Below, in pieces: positions 44,218 to 55,100 of a stretch of DNA of 64,000 nucleotides. Below the pieces are notes generated by a model, which searched no databases, was not told where the DNA came from, and saw nothing but the letters and a program-made list of their open reading frames with translations. The stretch lies in assembly GCA_963749495.1 (NCBI GenBank), contig CAVVMW010000022.1, forward strand, positions 96,001-160,000, in the 5' to 3' direction. Origin of the DNA: an uncultured bacterium (GTDB lineage Bacteria > Verrucomicrobiota > Verrucomicrobiia > Limisphaerales > UBA8199). Position 1 is the stretch's first letter. The number at the start of each line of letters is the position of its first letter. The translations under genes and the position numbers were made by a program.

Positions 44218-45129
44218 TCAGCTTTTCAATTGATTTGCGCGCGGCGTCACCCGGTTGATATTGGGCTCGGCCTCGGCCTGCACATTCCCCAGCGCCCAGG
44301 CGAAGCCCCCGAGCACAAGCGCCTGGAAGAATGGATTCGTCCACACATCCTCGCGATGGCCCAGCGCCGTGTAGAATACCCGGCCCTGGCCGTGCCGCCG
44401 GGCCCAGGTGTTGGGATAATCCGGGCGCCGGTAACAATCGCCCTTCATCAGCGCGGTTTCCTGCACCAGAATCACGTGCAGGTCCTTGGCAAAGTTCCGT
44501 TGCGCGTACCATTCATCCGTGAACGAAATGCCCTCCGCGCACCCCAACCGATCCACCCCCGGGAAATTCGACGCGATAATGAGTGATGCCTCTTGCTGCG
44601 GGCCGTGCGTGATGAACTCGCCGCCGAGCATCGCGATATAAGGATCGACTACGGTCTGGCCCTGGTCGGGCTGGGCGGTCGAGCGGAACGAATCGGTCGA
44701 AGAATGAAACGCGACAAACCCCTTGCCGCGGGCGATGGTCTCGAGGAGCTTCTCTTTGCCGGCGGGCGTCATCGGTTTTCCGTTGCCTTGGGACGAAGTC
44801 AGATCCCCGCTGGTGAAGAAGGCAATGGCGTCGAACTGATCGAGGTCTCCGTCGAAGATGGTCCCATCCTGAGAACACTCGACCTCGAAGCCTGCCCATT
44901 TGCTCATGGCGGTGAGGACCTTTTCGGAGTGGCTCAGTTCACCGGCCTGGCGATGTACGACCGAGTGCTCGAACCCGGCGCTCCGGGTAAAATAAAGCAC
45001 CTTCTTCCTTTTTGCCTCCGCGCCCAGCGCCCGCTCCCAGGGAAAGGCGGCCAGCCCCAGCAGCGCCGCCGAGGTGGTCTTCAACATTTCGCGACGTTTC
45101 ATATCAGGCCCAAAATTAGATGGCTTCAA
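44218..45129 (-). CDS. ThuA-like domain protein, Tat-exported
   Basis: KRREMLK leader, FTRSAGFEHS, FHSSTD, DEWY, GRVFYTALGHREDVW. Confidence 0.9.
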   Translation of the reverse strand: MKPSNFGPDMKRREMLKTTSAALLGLAAFPWERALGAEAKRKKVLYFTRSAGFEHSVVHRQAGELSHSEKVLTAMSKWAGFEVECSQDGTIFDGDLDQFDAIAFFTSGDLTSSQGNGKPMTPAGKEKLLETIARGKGFVAFHSSTDSFRSTAQPDQGQTVVDPYIAMLGGEFITHGPQQEASLIIASNFPGVDRLGCAEGISFTDEWYAQRNFAKDLHVILVQETALMKGDCYRRPDYPNTWARRHGQGRVFYTALGHREDVWTNPFFQALVLGGFAWALGNVQAEAEPNINRVTPRANQLKS

Positions 45130-45200
45130 ATGAACTGGAGAGGATGGTAAATGGGAGATTCAGAATGCGCCAGCCGAAACACGCGAGGGGTTGTCCAGGA

Positions 45201-45744
45201 GGCGCATCTGGTCTGTACCACCATGGACGGAAGCACGGCGGGCATCATTCTATTCCGTCGAGTTCATCCCGGAGGGATGAAAGAGGGTAGCCGGGGGTCC
45301 AAGCGCAGCGAGACCCCCGGTGCGGCGACGGCGGATGTCTGCACCCCGGAGGGATGCCAGAAAGAACTCCCCCAAACGGAATTCGGCGCATTGAACCCCC
45401 GAACCTCGATCGTGCGTCCCCGTCGCGCGAAGCGTTTTGGACTGCGGCAGTCCTCTGCCGCTTTTGTGTCCCCTCGCTGCCGAGGCGAAAGCGGCAGAGG
45501 ACTGCCGCAGTCCAAAACCTCCGGGCTAGCGGTCGGTTCCTGGGGAGGGTGTCTCCCCTATGATGCGCGGGCTTCCGGCACCCCGTTCCGGGGTGCAGGA
45601 CCTCCTCTGGCCGTCAACCGGGGGTGGCGGCGACGCCGCGACCCCCGGCTACCGTCTGGCAACCCTCCGGGTTGCAGAGCATCCGCGCCGCCTGCGGTCT
45701 CCTCTACGACTCCTGTTCTTGTGGTGGTACAGGCAAGATGCGCC
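45201..45744. mobile_element. Four-layer nested MITE/REP composite
   Basis: 23-bp TIR 45201-45223 / 45722-45744 (2 mismatches); complementary arms 45266-45364 / 45571-45675; inner family D doublet 45435-45517. Confidence 0.85.
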
Positions 45745-45810
45745 CCCTCAAAACCCCGGCGAACATTGCGCCTGGACTGGGCCTCTCGTGCTCGGCAGAC
45801 TGTGCGGACA

Positions 45811-48800
45811 ATGAATGCGAGCGCACTTCGTAGGATGGAACGGTGCATTGCCTTGCTGGCCGTGTTGGCCGCAGCGCACGGCGTGGCAACTGCTCAGAAC
45901 GCGGGCAAGTGGTCCTGGCAGGAGCCGCAGGCGAAGGTGTCGCCGACCGGCGATCTGGAGTGGGCGCCGAAGGCATTCGAGTTCAAGGCGGGCGAGTCGA
46001 TCCGCTACATCGACTTCGAGGCCGGCAACGACGCCAACGACGGCCTCTCGAAGCAGACCCCCTGGAAACATCACCCGTGGGACCCCAACGCCGCCGGCAA
46101 GGCGAAGGCCTGCAAAGGCATGCAGACCTATGTCTTCAAACAAGGCGTGGTCTATCGCGGGGAGATGGACGCAAACGAGTCAGGCACCGAGGCGGCCCCG
46201 ATCATCCTGACCCGGGACCCGTCCTGGGGCGAAGGGCCGGCGGTCATCTGCGGTTCGGAGGCGGTGACGGGCTGGAAGCAGGGCGCGGACAACAACCTTA
46301 TCCCGGAGCCGGAGAAGGTCTGGTACGCGGACCTCAACTGGGTGCCGCGCAACGTCTGGATGGTCGGCAAGAACGGCATCGTGACGCGCATCGCCCTGGC
46401 CCGCACGCCGAACTGGAAGGTCTCCGATCCGGACGACGTGAAGAGCGAGTGGTGGGAGTGGAACAACCCGGACAAGCCGTTCGACAACTATGTCACGACG
46501 CCCAGCGGCCGCAAGCTGAACTTGGGCATCGACACCGAGCACCTGACGCAGCCGGCCAGCTATTACGAAGGCGCCACTCTCTGGACCGAGTACGGCTGGG
46601 TGATGGGCACGCCGTATCCCACTCCCGTTGAGGTCGTCAACACCGAGAAGCACGCACTCGGGTTCACCGGCCAGTGGGGGGATGCCCCGGGCAGTTACAA
46701 GTACATCCGTTACTGCCGATACTTCCTCGAGGACAAGCCGCAGTACCTGGACAGCCCCGGCGAGTTCTGGTTTGGCAAGAAGGGTGACGGCGGCCGGCTC
46801 TACCTCCCCCTGCCCGAGGACCAGGACCCCAACACGGCCGAGGTGGAAGTGGCCCGCCGCATTCACATAATCGAAAGCTCGGGCATGAGCCACGTCCACA
46901 TCAGCGGGCTCACGTTTCGTTTCCCGAACGTTTACAACCTTGCCGCCGCGCCTTATTGGGCCTCCCATGAGAGCATCGACGTGGACCCCGGCTGTGTGCG
47001 GCTGCTGGGCAGCGGCACGGACATCCACATCAGCAATTGCGTCTTCGAGCACGTCCACCAGGCGGTTCGCCTCAAGGCCGTTGGCCGGCAGGACGCCATC
47101 AGTGACGTTGTGGTCAGCGACAACGTCATCCGCTACACCGACAACGGGGCCGTGCTGATCGCGGACAGCACGACCTACGGCGACGTGGCTCCGCCGATGG
47201 GCCTGCTCTACGACGTGAAGGTCCTGCGGAACAGCTTCTCTGAGACTGGCATCCGGCCAAACCGCTTCGATCAGGGCCACGCGTTGGAGGTTGACTACGC
47301 CCAGACGCTTGAGGTGGCCGGCAACATCCTGAACCGCTGCTGGGGCGCCGGCATCTTCGTCTTCGGCGGCAAGCCCAGCGGGGCCATCACGGACCGGCCG
47401 TTCTCCCGCATGCTCGTGCATCACAACAAGGTGACCGACTCGCTGCTGAACACCTGCGACTGGGGCGGCATCGAGACCTGGCAGGGCGGGCCGGCCTACG
47501 TCTATGACAACATCTCGGGCAATCCCGGCGGCTACCTGAAGTGGGGACACAGGCTCAGTCCGAACGAGCCCGGCAGCTCGCGCTTTGGCCATGCCTATTA
47601 CCTGGACGGCGGGTTCAAGAACTACCACTTCAACAACATTGCCTGGGGCAAGTCCAAAGACCCCCTGAGCCCGCTGGGCAACACCGCGGCCATCCAGGAG
47701 ATTATCAGCTACCAGAACACGTTCTTCAACAACACCATCTATAACTTCGTCGTCGGCTCGCGCCGGCAGGCGCCCCAGGCCGGCCGGGACAAGTTCCTGG
47801 GCAACATCTGGGACGGCATCGGCTCGTGGGTGTTCCGCCACGCCGACCCGGCTCGCACCGCCGCCGCCGGGAACGCGGCCGACGCCGGCTACCGCCGCAG
47901 CCAGTATGACCTCGCGTCCGACGCGTACGCGCTGAACGTCTTCCATGACCTCGCGAACGGATTCGGCGTGCTGGAACCGTCCGGCCGCTGGCTGGACAAG
48001 CTCGGCACGTTCCAGGACGTTCCTGGGAAGAACCACGCCCTGGCCTCCGCGCCAGGCATTCTGACGGACCAGGCCCCGCTGCAGGACGCGGCGGCCCACG
48101 ACTTCCGCCCCGCGCCGGACTCCCCGGCCCTGAACCACGGCGTCAAGGTGTTCGTGCCCTGGTCGCTTTACGGAGAGGTGGCCGAGTGGAACTTCTACCG
48201 CGACCCCGGGGACCCCACCCATCTCATCGACGAACACTGGAACCTGGCCCCTTATTACGTCGAGCGTGACGGCTATTACACGCGCCCGACGTATCCCCTC
48301 ACGGCGGTCAACGTAACCGTCGCCGACTACGAACGCGGCCCGCTGGAGAGCTGGACTGACGGCACCCTGCGCTTCAACGGGCGCGACCAGTTCGCCATCC
48401 TCACTAACAAGGACATCCTCCGGACAGTGGATTACCGCGTCAACTACCAGCCGCCCGACTGGGTGACCGTCACCTACCCGAAGGCGATGACGGTCGGACA
48501 GAGTTGCGAGGTCCAACTCATACTGCACGAGGTGAAGGATGGCCTGAAGCTCCATTGCGACCTGAATTGGAGCAAGAAGAGCGAGGAATTCGGCGGGGGC
48601 AACACCTGGGGCGGGCCGCCCAAGGACGTCAAGGGGCCGGGACCGTACACATTCACACTCGTCCCCCAGGACAAGCCCAACTTGGGCTCCTTTGTCCTGA
48701 CAATTTACCTCTCGACCACGGGGGACTGGAAGGACAAGACGCTCTTGGCGACTGTTGGCGTGCCCATCGGCGCCGCAGGGGGCCAGACCCGCACCGTCAC

Positions 48801-49401
48801 CCTGAGTGGGGAGAAGGTCGTCGAGCAGCGCACCGTCAGCGGCGCGGACCTGAGGAACCCGCAGATCTACACCTCGGATTTCCTGATCGAGGTGTACTTC
48901 AAGACGGCGGCGGGGCAGACGGACGCGGTGCTGATTCAGAAGATTGACGGTTCCGGCTACGTCCTGGGAGTCAACCAAACGGGAGGCGTGACCCTGGCGG
49001 CGACTTCAGGCGGCGCCACCTCCTGGCTGGCCAGCCGGAGTGCCGTCAACGACGGCCGATGGCACCACGTCATTGCCGAGGCCGACCGCCAGGCGGGGAC
49101 CTTCACGATCTACCTTGACGGCAGGCAGGACGCCAATGGGCCAGGGCTCAAGGCGGACGCCTCGCTGGCCAATGATGCGGACCTCTACGTGGGCGGCGCG
49201 CCGAACGGCCATTACCTGAACGGCGCCATCGACTTCATGCGCATCGCTCGCGGCACGCTGGCCGACTCGAAGACGACGATCGAGGAACTCTACGCGTGGG
49301 AGTTCAACGGGCCCTTCCTCCAGGACTTCACCGGCCGCAAGCGTCCAGCCGACGGCGGAGCGGCCGGCGCCATTGACGGCCCCTCTGTGGGCGACAAGTG
49401 A
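45811..49401 (+). CDS. Large secreted protein with parallel beta-helix region and C-terminal LamG-like domain
   Basis: Signal-like N-terminus, GNDANDG.SK.TPWK, Asn-ladder repeats, DGRWHHV..IYLDG..GAIDFMRI. Confidence 0.85.
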   Translation: MNASALRRMERCIALLAVLAAAHGVATAQNAGKWSWQEPQAKVSPTGDLEWAPKAFEFKAGESIRYIDFEAGNDANDGLSKQTPWKHHPWDPNAAGKAKACKGMQTYVFKQGVVYRGEMDANESGTEAAPIILTRDPSWGEGPAVICGSEAVTGWKQGADNNLIPEPEKVWYADLNWVPRNVWMVGKNGIVTRIALARTPNWKVSDPDDVKSEWWEWNNPDKPFDNYVTTPSGRKLNLGIDTEHLTQPASYYEGATLWTEYGWVMGTPYPTPVEVVNTEKHALGFTGQWGDAPGSYKYIRYCRYFLEDKPQYLDSPGEFWFGKKGDGGRLYLPLPEDQDPNTAEVEVARRIHIIESSGMSHVHISGLTFRFPNVYNLAAAPYWASHESIDVDPGCVRLLGSGTDIHISNCVFEHVHQAVRLKAVGRQDAISDVVVSDNVIRYTDNGAVLIADSTTYGDVAPPMGLLYDVKVLRNSFSETGIRPNRFDQGHALEVDYAQTLEVAGNILNRCWGAGIFVFGGKPSGAITDRPFSRMLVHHNKVTDSLLNTCDWGGIETWQGGPAYVYDNISGNPGGYLKWGHRLSPNEPGSSRFGHAYYLDGGFKNYHFNNIAWGKSKDPLSPLGNTAAIQEIISYQNTFFNNTIYNFVVGSRRQAPQAGRDKFLGNIWDGIGSWVFRHADPARTAAAGNAADAGYRRSQYDLASDAYALNVFHDLANGFGVLEPSGRWLDKLGTFQDVPGKNHALASAPGILTDQAPLQDAAAHDFRPAPDSPALNHGVKVFVPWSLYGEVAEWNFYRDPGDPTHLIDEHWNLAPYYVERDGYYTRPTYPLTAVNVTVADYERGPLESWTDGTLRFNGRDQFAILTNKDILRTVDYRVNYQPPDWVTVTYPKAMTVGQSCEVQLILHEVKDGLKLHCDLNWSKKSEEFGGGNTWGGPPKDVKGPGPYTFTLVPQDKPNLGSFVLTIYLSTTGDWKDKTLLATVGVPIGAAGGQTRTVTLSGEKVVEQRTVSGADLRNPQIYTSDFLIEVYFKTAAGQTDAVLIQKIDGSGYVLGVNQTGGVTLAATSGGATSWLASRSAVNDGRWHHVIAEADRQAGTFTIYLDGRQDANGPGLKADASLANDADLYVGGAPNGHYLNGAIDFMRIARGTLADSKTTIEELYAWEFNGPFLQDFTGRKRPADGGAAGAIDGPSVGDK

Positions 49402-49447
49402 ATCATCTGCTGGCCAGATCAGCTTCCGGGCCTCTGGGTGATTCGTA

Positions 49448-49717
49448 GGGTGCGATTAAGAGCGTCGTTCAGATCACGGCGCCGCTTTGCCCCGAAGGGG
49501 CTGCCGAGAATAGCCCGGCGTTTCAACGCCGGGTGAGAGAGCCGAAAGAACCAGTCCGTCCCGAAGGGACGGTTGAGAACGAGGAGCCTCCTCAGTCGTG
49601 CCTTCGGGACCAGAGTCCCTTTTGTCGCCTCCCCGGCGTTGAAACGCCGGGCTATTATCAGATGTCCCTCCGGGACAAAACCTCCGGGGCGCATGCCCGA
49701 CACTTTTAATCGCACCC
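49448..49717. mobile_element. Second GGGTGCGAT MITE-like copy, inverted relative to 12262-12533
   Basis: gggtgcgattaa..ttaatcgcaccc with the same internal order in reverse complement. Confidence 0.85.
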
Positions 49718-49771
49718 GATTCATATTGCGCTTCGCACACCAGATTCTCAAAAGAGAGTGGCCTCAGAGCC

Positions 49772-50428
49772 GTGAAGTTTATGTTGAACCGTCGTAAGCG
49801 GAAGGCCGAGATCGGGAGGCCGCGCAAACGCCCGAGGGCGGGATTCGGCCTCCGAAATCCATGGCCGGACTTTCGCTTCCGCGGCGGCAGCGGAATCGCG
49901 CTCGTCCTGGTGTGCCTGCGTTTGGGCGCCGTTGGGCAGGGCCTCAAGCCGGTGGAATTGCGCTGCGAGCACGCCGAGAACCCCTCGGGCGTCGACGTGC
50001 CGCAACCCCGCTTGTTCTGGAAGTTGGAGAGCCCGGCTCGCAACCAGTGGCAATCCGCCTGGCAGGTTCTGGCAGCCGGCTCGTCGAGGCTTTTGGCCCC
50101 AGGACACGCCGATCTCTGGGACAGTGGCAAGGTGGATTCCGCAGACAGCACGCAGGTGCTCTATGCGGGAAAGGCTCTCAAGTCCTCGCAGGCAGTTTAT
50201 TGGCAAGTCCGGGTCTGGGACCGGGAGGGGAGAGTTTCGCCCCGGAGCAAGATGGGGTGTTGGACTATGGGCGTGTTGGCCGCGAGCGACGTGACTGAGA
50301 GCGGGGTTTCCGCCGAACGCAGCCCGGGGGTCAAGTTCGTGCGCCTGGAGCCCGGCCAGGCGGTCTATGAGGTCGGCTCTGGCGCCTACAGATTTCAAGC
50401 CAAGCTCCGGGGGAACGGTTTCCCCTGA
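49772..50428 (+). pseudogene. GH78 alpha-L-rhamnosidase remnant, N- and C-terminal domains fused in frame
   Basis: LRCEHAENPSGVD..PRLFW..LWDSGKV..YWQVRVWD..WTMGVLAASD | VTESG..YEVGSGAYRF; no catalytic barrel. Confidence 0.85.
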
Positions 50429-50429
50429 T

Positions 50430-50803
50430 ACCCAGGCGCAGCAGGTGTCAGGGAATTTTGGCAGCAGGGTCGGTGAGGTCCAAATCCACCGGGTCGGCTT
50501 TGGCGTTGCGCTCAAAGGCAGGATTATGAATCCTGGGCAACCTTCTACGGTGAGAACGCGAATCGAAAACTCTTTGAGCTGACTGCTCAGCCGAAAAAAG
50601 CCACTATCATCTGTCCGCTGGTCAGTGGGGGATTTTAAGACAGCCGACTCCTTCACCAAGCCGCTCTTGACTGGCAGCGACCGCGCATCCCCGCCCTTGT
50701 GGGCCAAACAGCCACACCCTGCCGCAGCCACCAGGTTCAGAGACAGCGAAGTGGCAATGAATAAGCGCCTTACGAAACAGTAGGTGGGCAAACGCCGTTT
50801 CAT
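50430..50803 (-). pseudogene. N-terminal fragment of a probable alpha/beta hydrolase
   Basis: TVEGCPGFIILP..WIWTSPTL..PD; truncated. Confidence 0.4.
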
Positions 50804-50864
50804 CGGGCGGAAGGCGGGGCCGATTTTTGTGAATTCAGGGCGCGCCGGGCCGGTCAACCAACCC

Positions 50865-51101
50865 TCACGCCAGTGCCTTTTCCCTTTGCGGCGGCCCCAC
50901 CTCCACTGACACCGTATCGAACCGGGCATCGCCAGGACGATACGAAAGCAGCTCCAATCCGATGGCATGGCCGGTGGTTTCATCCTTGATCAGAACGACG
51001 CCATCGCCCAGTTCGGCGCAGATTTGGTTGGGACGCGGGGTTTGCCAAAAAACCGTCAGCAATTCCATTTCCGGTTCGTAATAGACTTTTACTTGTGCCA
51101 T
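50865..51101 (-). CDS. DUF2283-like protein (putative antitoxin)
   Basis: VKVYYEPEMELLTVFW..ELGDGVVLIKD..IGLELL. Confidence 0.75.
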   Translation of the reverse strand: MAQVKVYYEPEMELLTVFWQTPRPNQICAELGDGVVLIKDETTGHAIGLELLSYRPGDARFDTVSVEVGPPQREKALA

Positions 51102-51406
51102 ACGCTTTCGCCTTCTTTGACGGCGTCGGTGCGATACGCCGTCACCAGGTAGCCCTCGCCGTTCTGGCGCCGCGCCACAGCCACCATCCAATGCGGTCCG
51201 CCCATCCGATAGAAAAGCAAAACCTTCCCATCCCGGCTGCTCCGACGAATCTCATCGGGATCCGTCAAGGTCTGTTGCACCATCTCCGGGCACCCGGCCA
51301 AATCCGGATGCTTGGCGACGATCTTCTCCCAGTAATCCGGCGAAGTTCGCACCATGAAGCCGAGCGGTGTCGCCACCTCAAACAGAATCGGCCGGTCGTC
51401 GCTCAC
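51089..51406 (-). CDS. DUF4258/BrnT-like protein (putative RNase toxin)
   Basis: TPLG..W.KIVAKHP..DPDEIRRS..LFYR..VTAYRTD; overlaps the DUF2283-like gene. Confidence 0.7.
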   Translation of the reverse strand: MSDDRPILFEVATPLGFMVRTSPDYWEKIVAKHPDLAGCPEMVQQTLTDPDEIRRSSRDGKVLLFYRMGGPHWMVAVARRQNGEGYLVTAYRTDAVKEGESVWHK

Positions 51407-51410
51407 GGAT

Positions 51411-51680
51411 TCAGTTTCCCATCATTCTCGCCTCTCTGCAATGAAAAGCTGTTCCACAACGGCCCCGCTTCCCGCGCCGGGACTTCAAACGCGCCGCCTT
51501 CACCCCCAAGCCCGCCAGCCACCGCCGCCGCTTCACTTGCCCGAATTGCCCCCGCGTGTTGGGCACCACCGTGATGTCGTAATCCCGGTGCAGGAGCAGG
51601 AGCAGATATACGAACTTCGTGTCCGCCCCGCCCACGTGCGACGGCCAGTTCGAACAGCAGATTGGCAGTGCTCTATTCAT
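51411..51680 (-). pseudogene. Glycosyltransferase-like N-terminal fragment
   Basis: WPSHVGGADTK..ITVVP; truncated. Confidence 0.4.
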
Positions 51681-51734
51681 TCCTCTTCTATGGAGAGGCA
51701 GCGGTCGACCGTGGTTCCTTCAAACCTCCGGGCT

Positions 51735-51977
51735 TCACTGCGGCAGTTCGTCGCCCGGTAGCGGCGGGGCTTGGGGTACTTTCGCCATTGCGGCTTTGAA
51801 CTTCTTGAAACTACCCCGGCGGGCACGACGTTCCAGTTCGGTGAAATCCTCAATGGCGCGCACCAGCCCCTCCAGCTTGCGGAGCGCAAATTCATCCACG
51901 GCCTGCCGGTCGTGCGCGGCCAAGTCAGCCAGCCGCCGATAAACTTCGTCGGGCATCTTCAGTTCAATCGCTTTCAT
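51735..51977 (-). CDS. Ribbon-helix-helix antitoxin-like protein
   Basis: IELKMPDEVYRRL..LERRARRGS..KVP..PPLPGDEL. Confidence 0.75.
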   Translation of the reverse strand: MKAIELKMPDEVYRRLADLAAHDRQAVDEFALRKLEGLVRAIEDFTELERRARRGSFKKFKAAMAKVPQAPPLPGDELPQ

Positions 51978-52080
51978 TTGATTTCGCCGATCAGTCGCAG
52001 CAACTCCACCGGTTTGAGGATTTCGATCCCGAATTCCCGAGCCGCGCGGAGATGCCGCTCGTGGAACGATACCACAAAAC
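51974..52080 (-). pseudogene. PIN-domain toxin C-terminal remnant
   Basis: VSFHERHL.AAREFGIEILKPVELLRLIGEIK*, overlapping the antitoxin start. Confidence 0.6.
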
Positions 52081-52100
52081 GCGATGTCGTTTCATATGGC

Positions 52101-55100
52101 CTATTGGGCAGCGGCCAGGCCGGCCTTTGCGATGTGTTTCAGCACAAATGGCTCAGCCAGGCCGTAGGGCACGGTCGAGTACCAATCACCGGCAGGTGGG
52201 CCTGGGTTCGGGGCCTGTTGGAAATTGATGGGCCTGGCTGCCCCGAGCGGAGGATTGCCGTGGTGAGGGCCGAGCGTGTTCTTGAGCGTGCCGATGACCG
52301 TCACTTCGATGTCGTTTTCGCCGGGTCGAATCCACTTGGTGACGTCGCATTCCCACGGCGGGGCGTTGATGTATCCGACGGCCCTTCCTCTGACGCTGAC
52401 TTTGGCCACGCTGCCGTACCAGCCGCGCAGAGCCACCGCATAATGGCCCGCCTTTTGGCCGACCTGGAAATGCTCGCGATAAGCCACCCCACCGCCATAA
52501 AAGGGATGGCCTTGTGAATTCCAATCGGCCCCGAGTTTCAAAGGCTGGTCCGGGACGATGACGAATCCGTGGTCTGCAGGTTTCAGGGCGAAATCGCCCA
52601 GGACATAGGCCGGCTCCAGTTCATGGTACATGGTAAAGGGCGAGGCCTTGATCGTGACGACATTTTCGCCGGTGTGCGCCACCGACGCCAATGGGATTTT
52701 GCCGAAGGCCTTGTCGAGCCACCAGGCCTTTGGGGTGGACCCGTCCTCCGTAGCAGTGTGCCTGGCCGGGTGGGCTGGTGCATTGGTGCTACTGCGGAGG
52801 GTGGACGCGACAGCCTGGCCGTTGCAGGTGATCGTGTAGAGGTCGGGGCGCTCGATGACGATGGCGAGGTTGGTTGGCAGGTCTCCCTCGACTTGGAAGC
52901 GGTAGCTGGCCTCGAAACCGCTGCCGGGGGCGAACTTCCTGGAAATCAACTCGTCTTTGAACTGCACTGCGCTGTCCCAGGGATTGCGTTCGAGGCCGTT
53001 TTTCTGCCAGGCAAACTGGTTGGCCTGGTAAAAGTAGAGGCCCTGGCGGGTTTCCCCGCCGGCAGTGACCGCGACGTAATCCAGCGTGAGGACATTCGGC
53101 GCGAGGCGCCGGATTTCAGGGGCTTGGCCGGCTTGGATGACTTCAACTGTTTCCGCCGCGGGCCTTCGCCGCGCCGGAGGGTGGCCGGGCGTCGGGGGAT
53201 CGCTGGCTTCGGCCCCGCAGGCGGGTTGGCTGGGGCGGATCGCTTTGCGGGACCCGTCCTCCGTAGCAGTGCTCCTCGCGGGGTCGGGTTCTGCCCTCGT
53301 GCTACTGCGGAGGGTGGACAGGAACAAGAGGAGGCTGCCGGAGGGGGGCAGGTTGAAGCGGGTCTGAATGCCCTGGCCCTGTGCCGCAAAGGCATGCGCT
53401 TCGGTCTGGCCAGTGTAAAGGTTCCAGGCCTCGACGCCTTTGAGGTCGGATTGGATCGTGCCCGTCGAGGGCGCTTGAATGCTCGTATTGACCAGGAACA
53501 GGAGCTCGCCGTCATCGAGGCGCCGCCGATGGTGAAAGAGGATGCCGCCGTCGGTCTCAGCGCGGGTGACGACCAGACCGGTCGGGCGAAGCTGTTTTGG
53601 CAGGGCAGCGGTCTGGACCTTCTTCCAGTGGTCTGAGCCGGCCAGGGCCGCCCCCGCCGGTGAGAGGCCGCCATCGATCCTCGTTGGCGGCTCTCCGCAG
53701 CTCAACACGGTCCCGCCCGTTTCCTCGAAGGCGGCCAGCAACTGGGCGGTCTTGGCATTCAAATTCTCCGTCATGGGGGGCAGGACCACTGTCCGATAAT
53801 GGCGGCGTCCGACTTTCAGGCCGCCAGAGTCCGCCGAACCGTGCCGGGCCAGGATGTCTTCGCAGCCGATGTCGTATTCGACCTGGGCGGCTTCCAAGGC
53901 CATGACGAGGTCGAAGAAGCTCTTGCCCAGTTCATCGAGCTTTGCGCCGGCGGCCTGGTACATCCAGGCGGTGGTGGTCGGCTCGAGGACGAGCACCTCA
54001 TTGACCTGTTCGCCCTGGGAGAGCGCCGCCGAGAGCCGGGCAAAGTACTGGGCCGAGACGTGATATGCCTCCCACCACGGTTCGTGGTAGGAGAAGGACT
54101 GGGGATAGTCGCCTTTGCGCGCGCCGCGCAGAGTGACGTAGGAAAGATGCTGGTTCAACGTGTTGACGCCCAGCACCTCGAGCCAGTCGCCAATGCGTTT
54201 CATGTCCTCGAACCGCAGGTCCCACCCGCTGCCGCCGTAGGCCTCGCACAGAGTCCGCCTCTGGCCGAGTTGGTTGGCGACGCTGGAGAGTTCCCTGACC
54301 ATCCGGGCGTTGCCGAATTGGGCGTGGGTATGTTCGGCATACTGATTCCTCAGGCAGTCGATGGCGGGTCGTTGGTGCCAGGCATACATGGACATGTTGT
54401 CGGGCACGGCGACGCAGTTGGGCCATTGGTGGTCCCAATAGTGGCCCGTCCATTCGAGGTGATTGGTTTCGCAGTAATCGTGGTAGGGCTTTGACCAATG
54501 CTCGATGAACTGCTCGTTGAGGACCTGGTAATAGTTGTGCCGAATCTTCTGCCAATCCCCCAGCGGATAGTTCAGGCTGGGCAGATGCTCCAGGAGGCTG
54601 TATCCCCAGCGTTTCTCGAACTCCGACGCCAGAACCTCGCTCCAGGCAAAGTCGCCGGCTTCGCGAATGTTCGGCTCGTCGGAGAACACGCCCGGCACAC
54701 GGCGGCCGAACTCCTTGCCGATCTCGCGGCGATAGGCCTCCATGGTCACCTCGAGGAATTTCTCCGTCACCCCGGGCGAGAGCAGGTTCACGTACCACCG
54801 GTTCCCGAACCAGGGCGAGCTGGCGGCGCGCACCTCGGTGGCCGCCAGGTAACGTCCCTCGGGCAGGACTTGGCCTGCCTTGGCCTTGGCCGTCACAGTC
54901 TCGAACTTGTCCCCCTCGCAGCGATACAGGCCCACCAGGTCCTCCGACCAGACAGGCGCTGTCTTGGTCTCCCGGAAACTCAGGCCGCGTCCCCGGGACT
55001 CGGGCATTTCTTCCGGCACCCAGCCGCCTGCGAAGCCCGATGGATAGGAGTTCTCGTCGTAGATCCACACGTTCATGCCCAGGCGCTGGGCTTCGTCGAG

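Noticed and set aside
45151..45810. N-terminal extension of the 1416-aa ORF
   Set aside because: It is a translation of the nested repeat; the signal-like start is at 45811.
46180..48978. 932-aa minus-strand ORF and similar long antisense ORFs
   Set aside because: Shadow frames of high-GC genes with no recognisable motifs.
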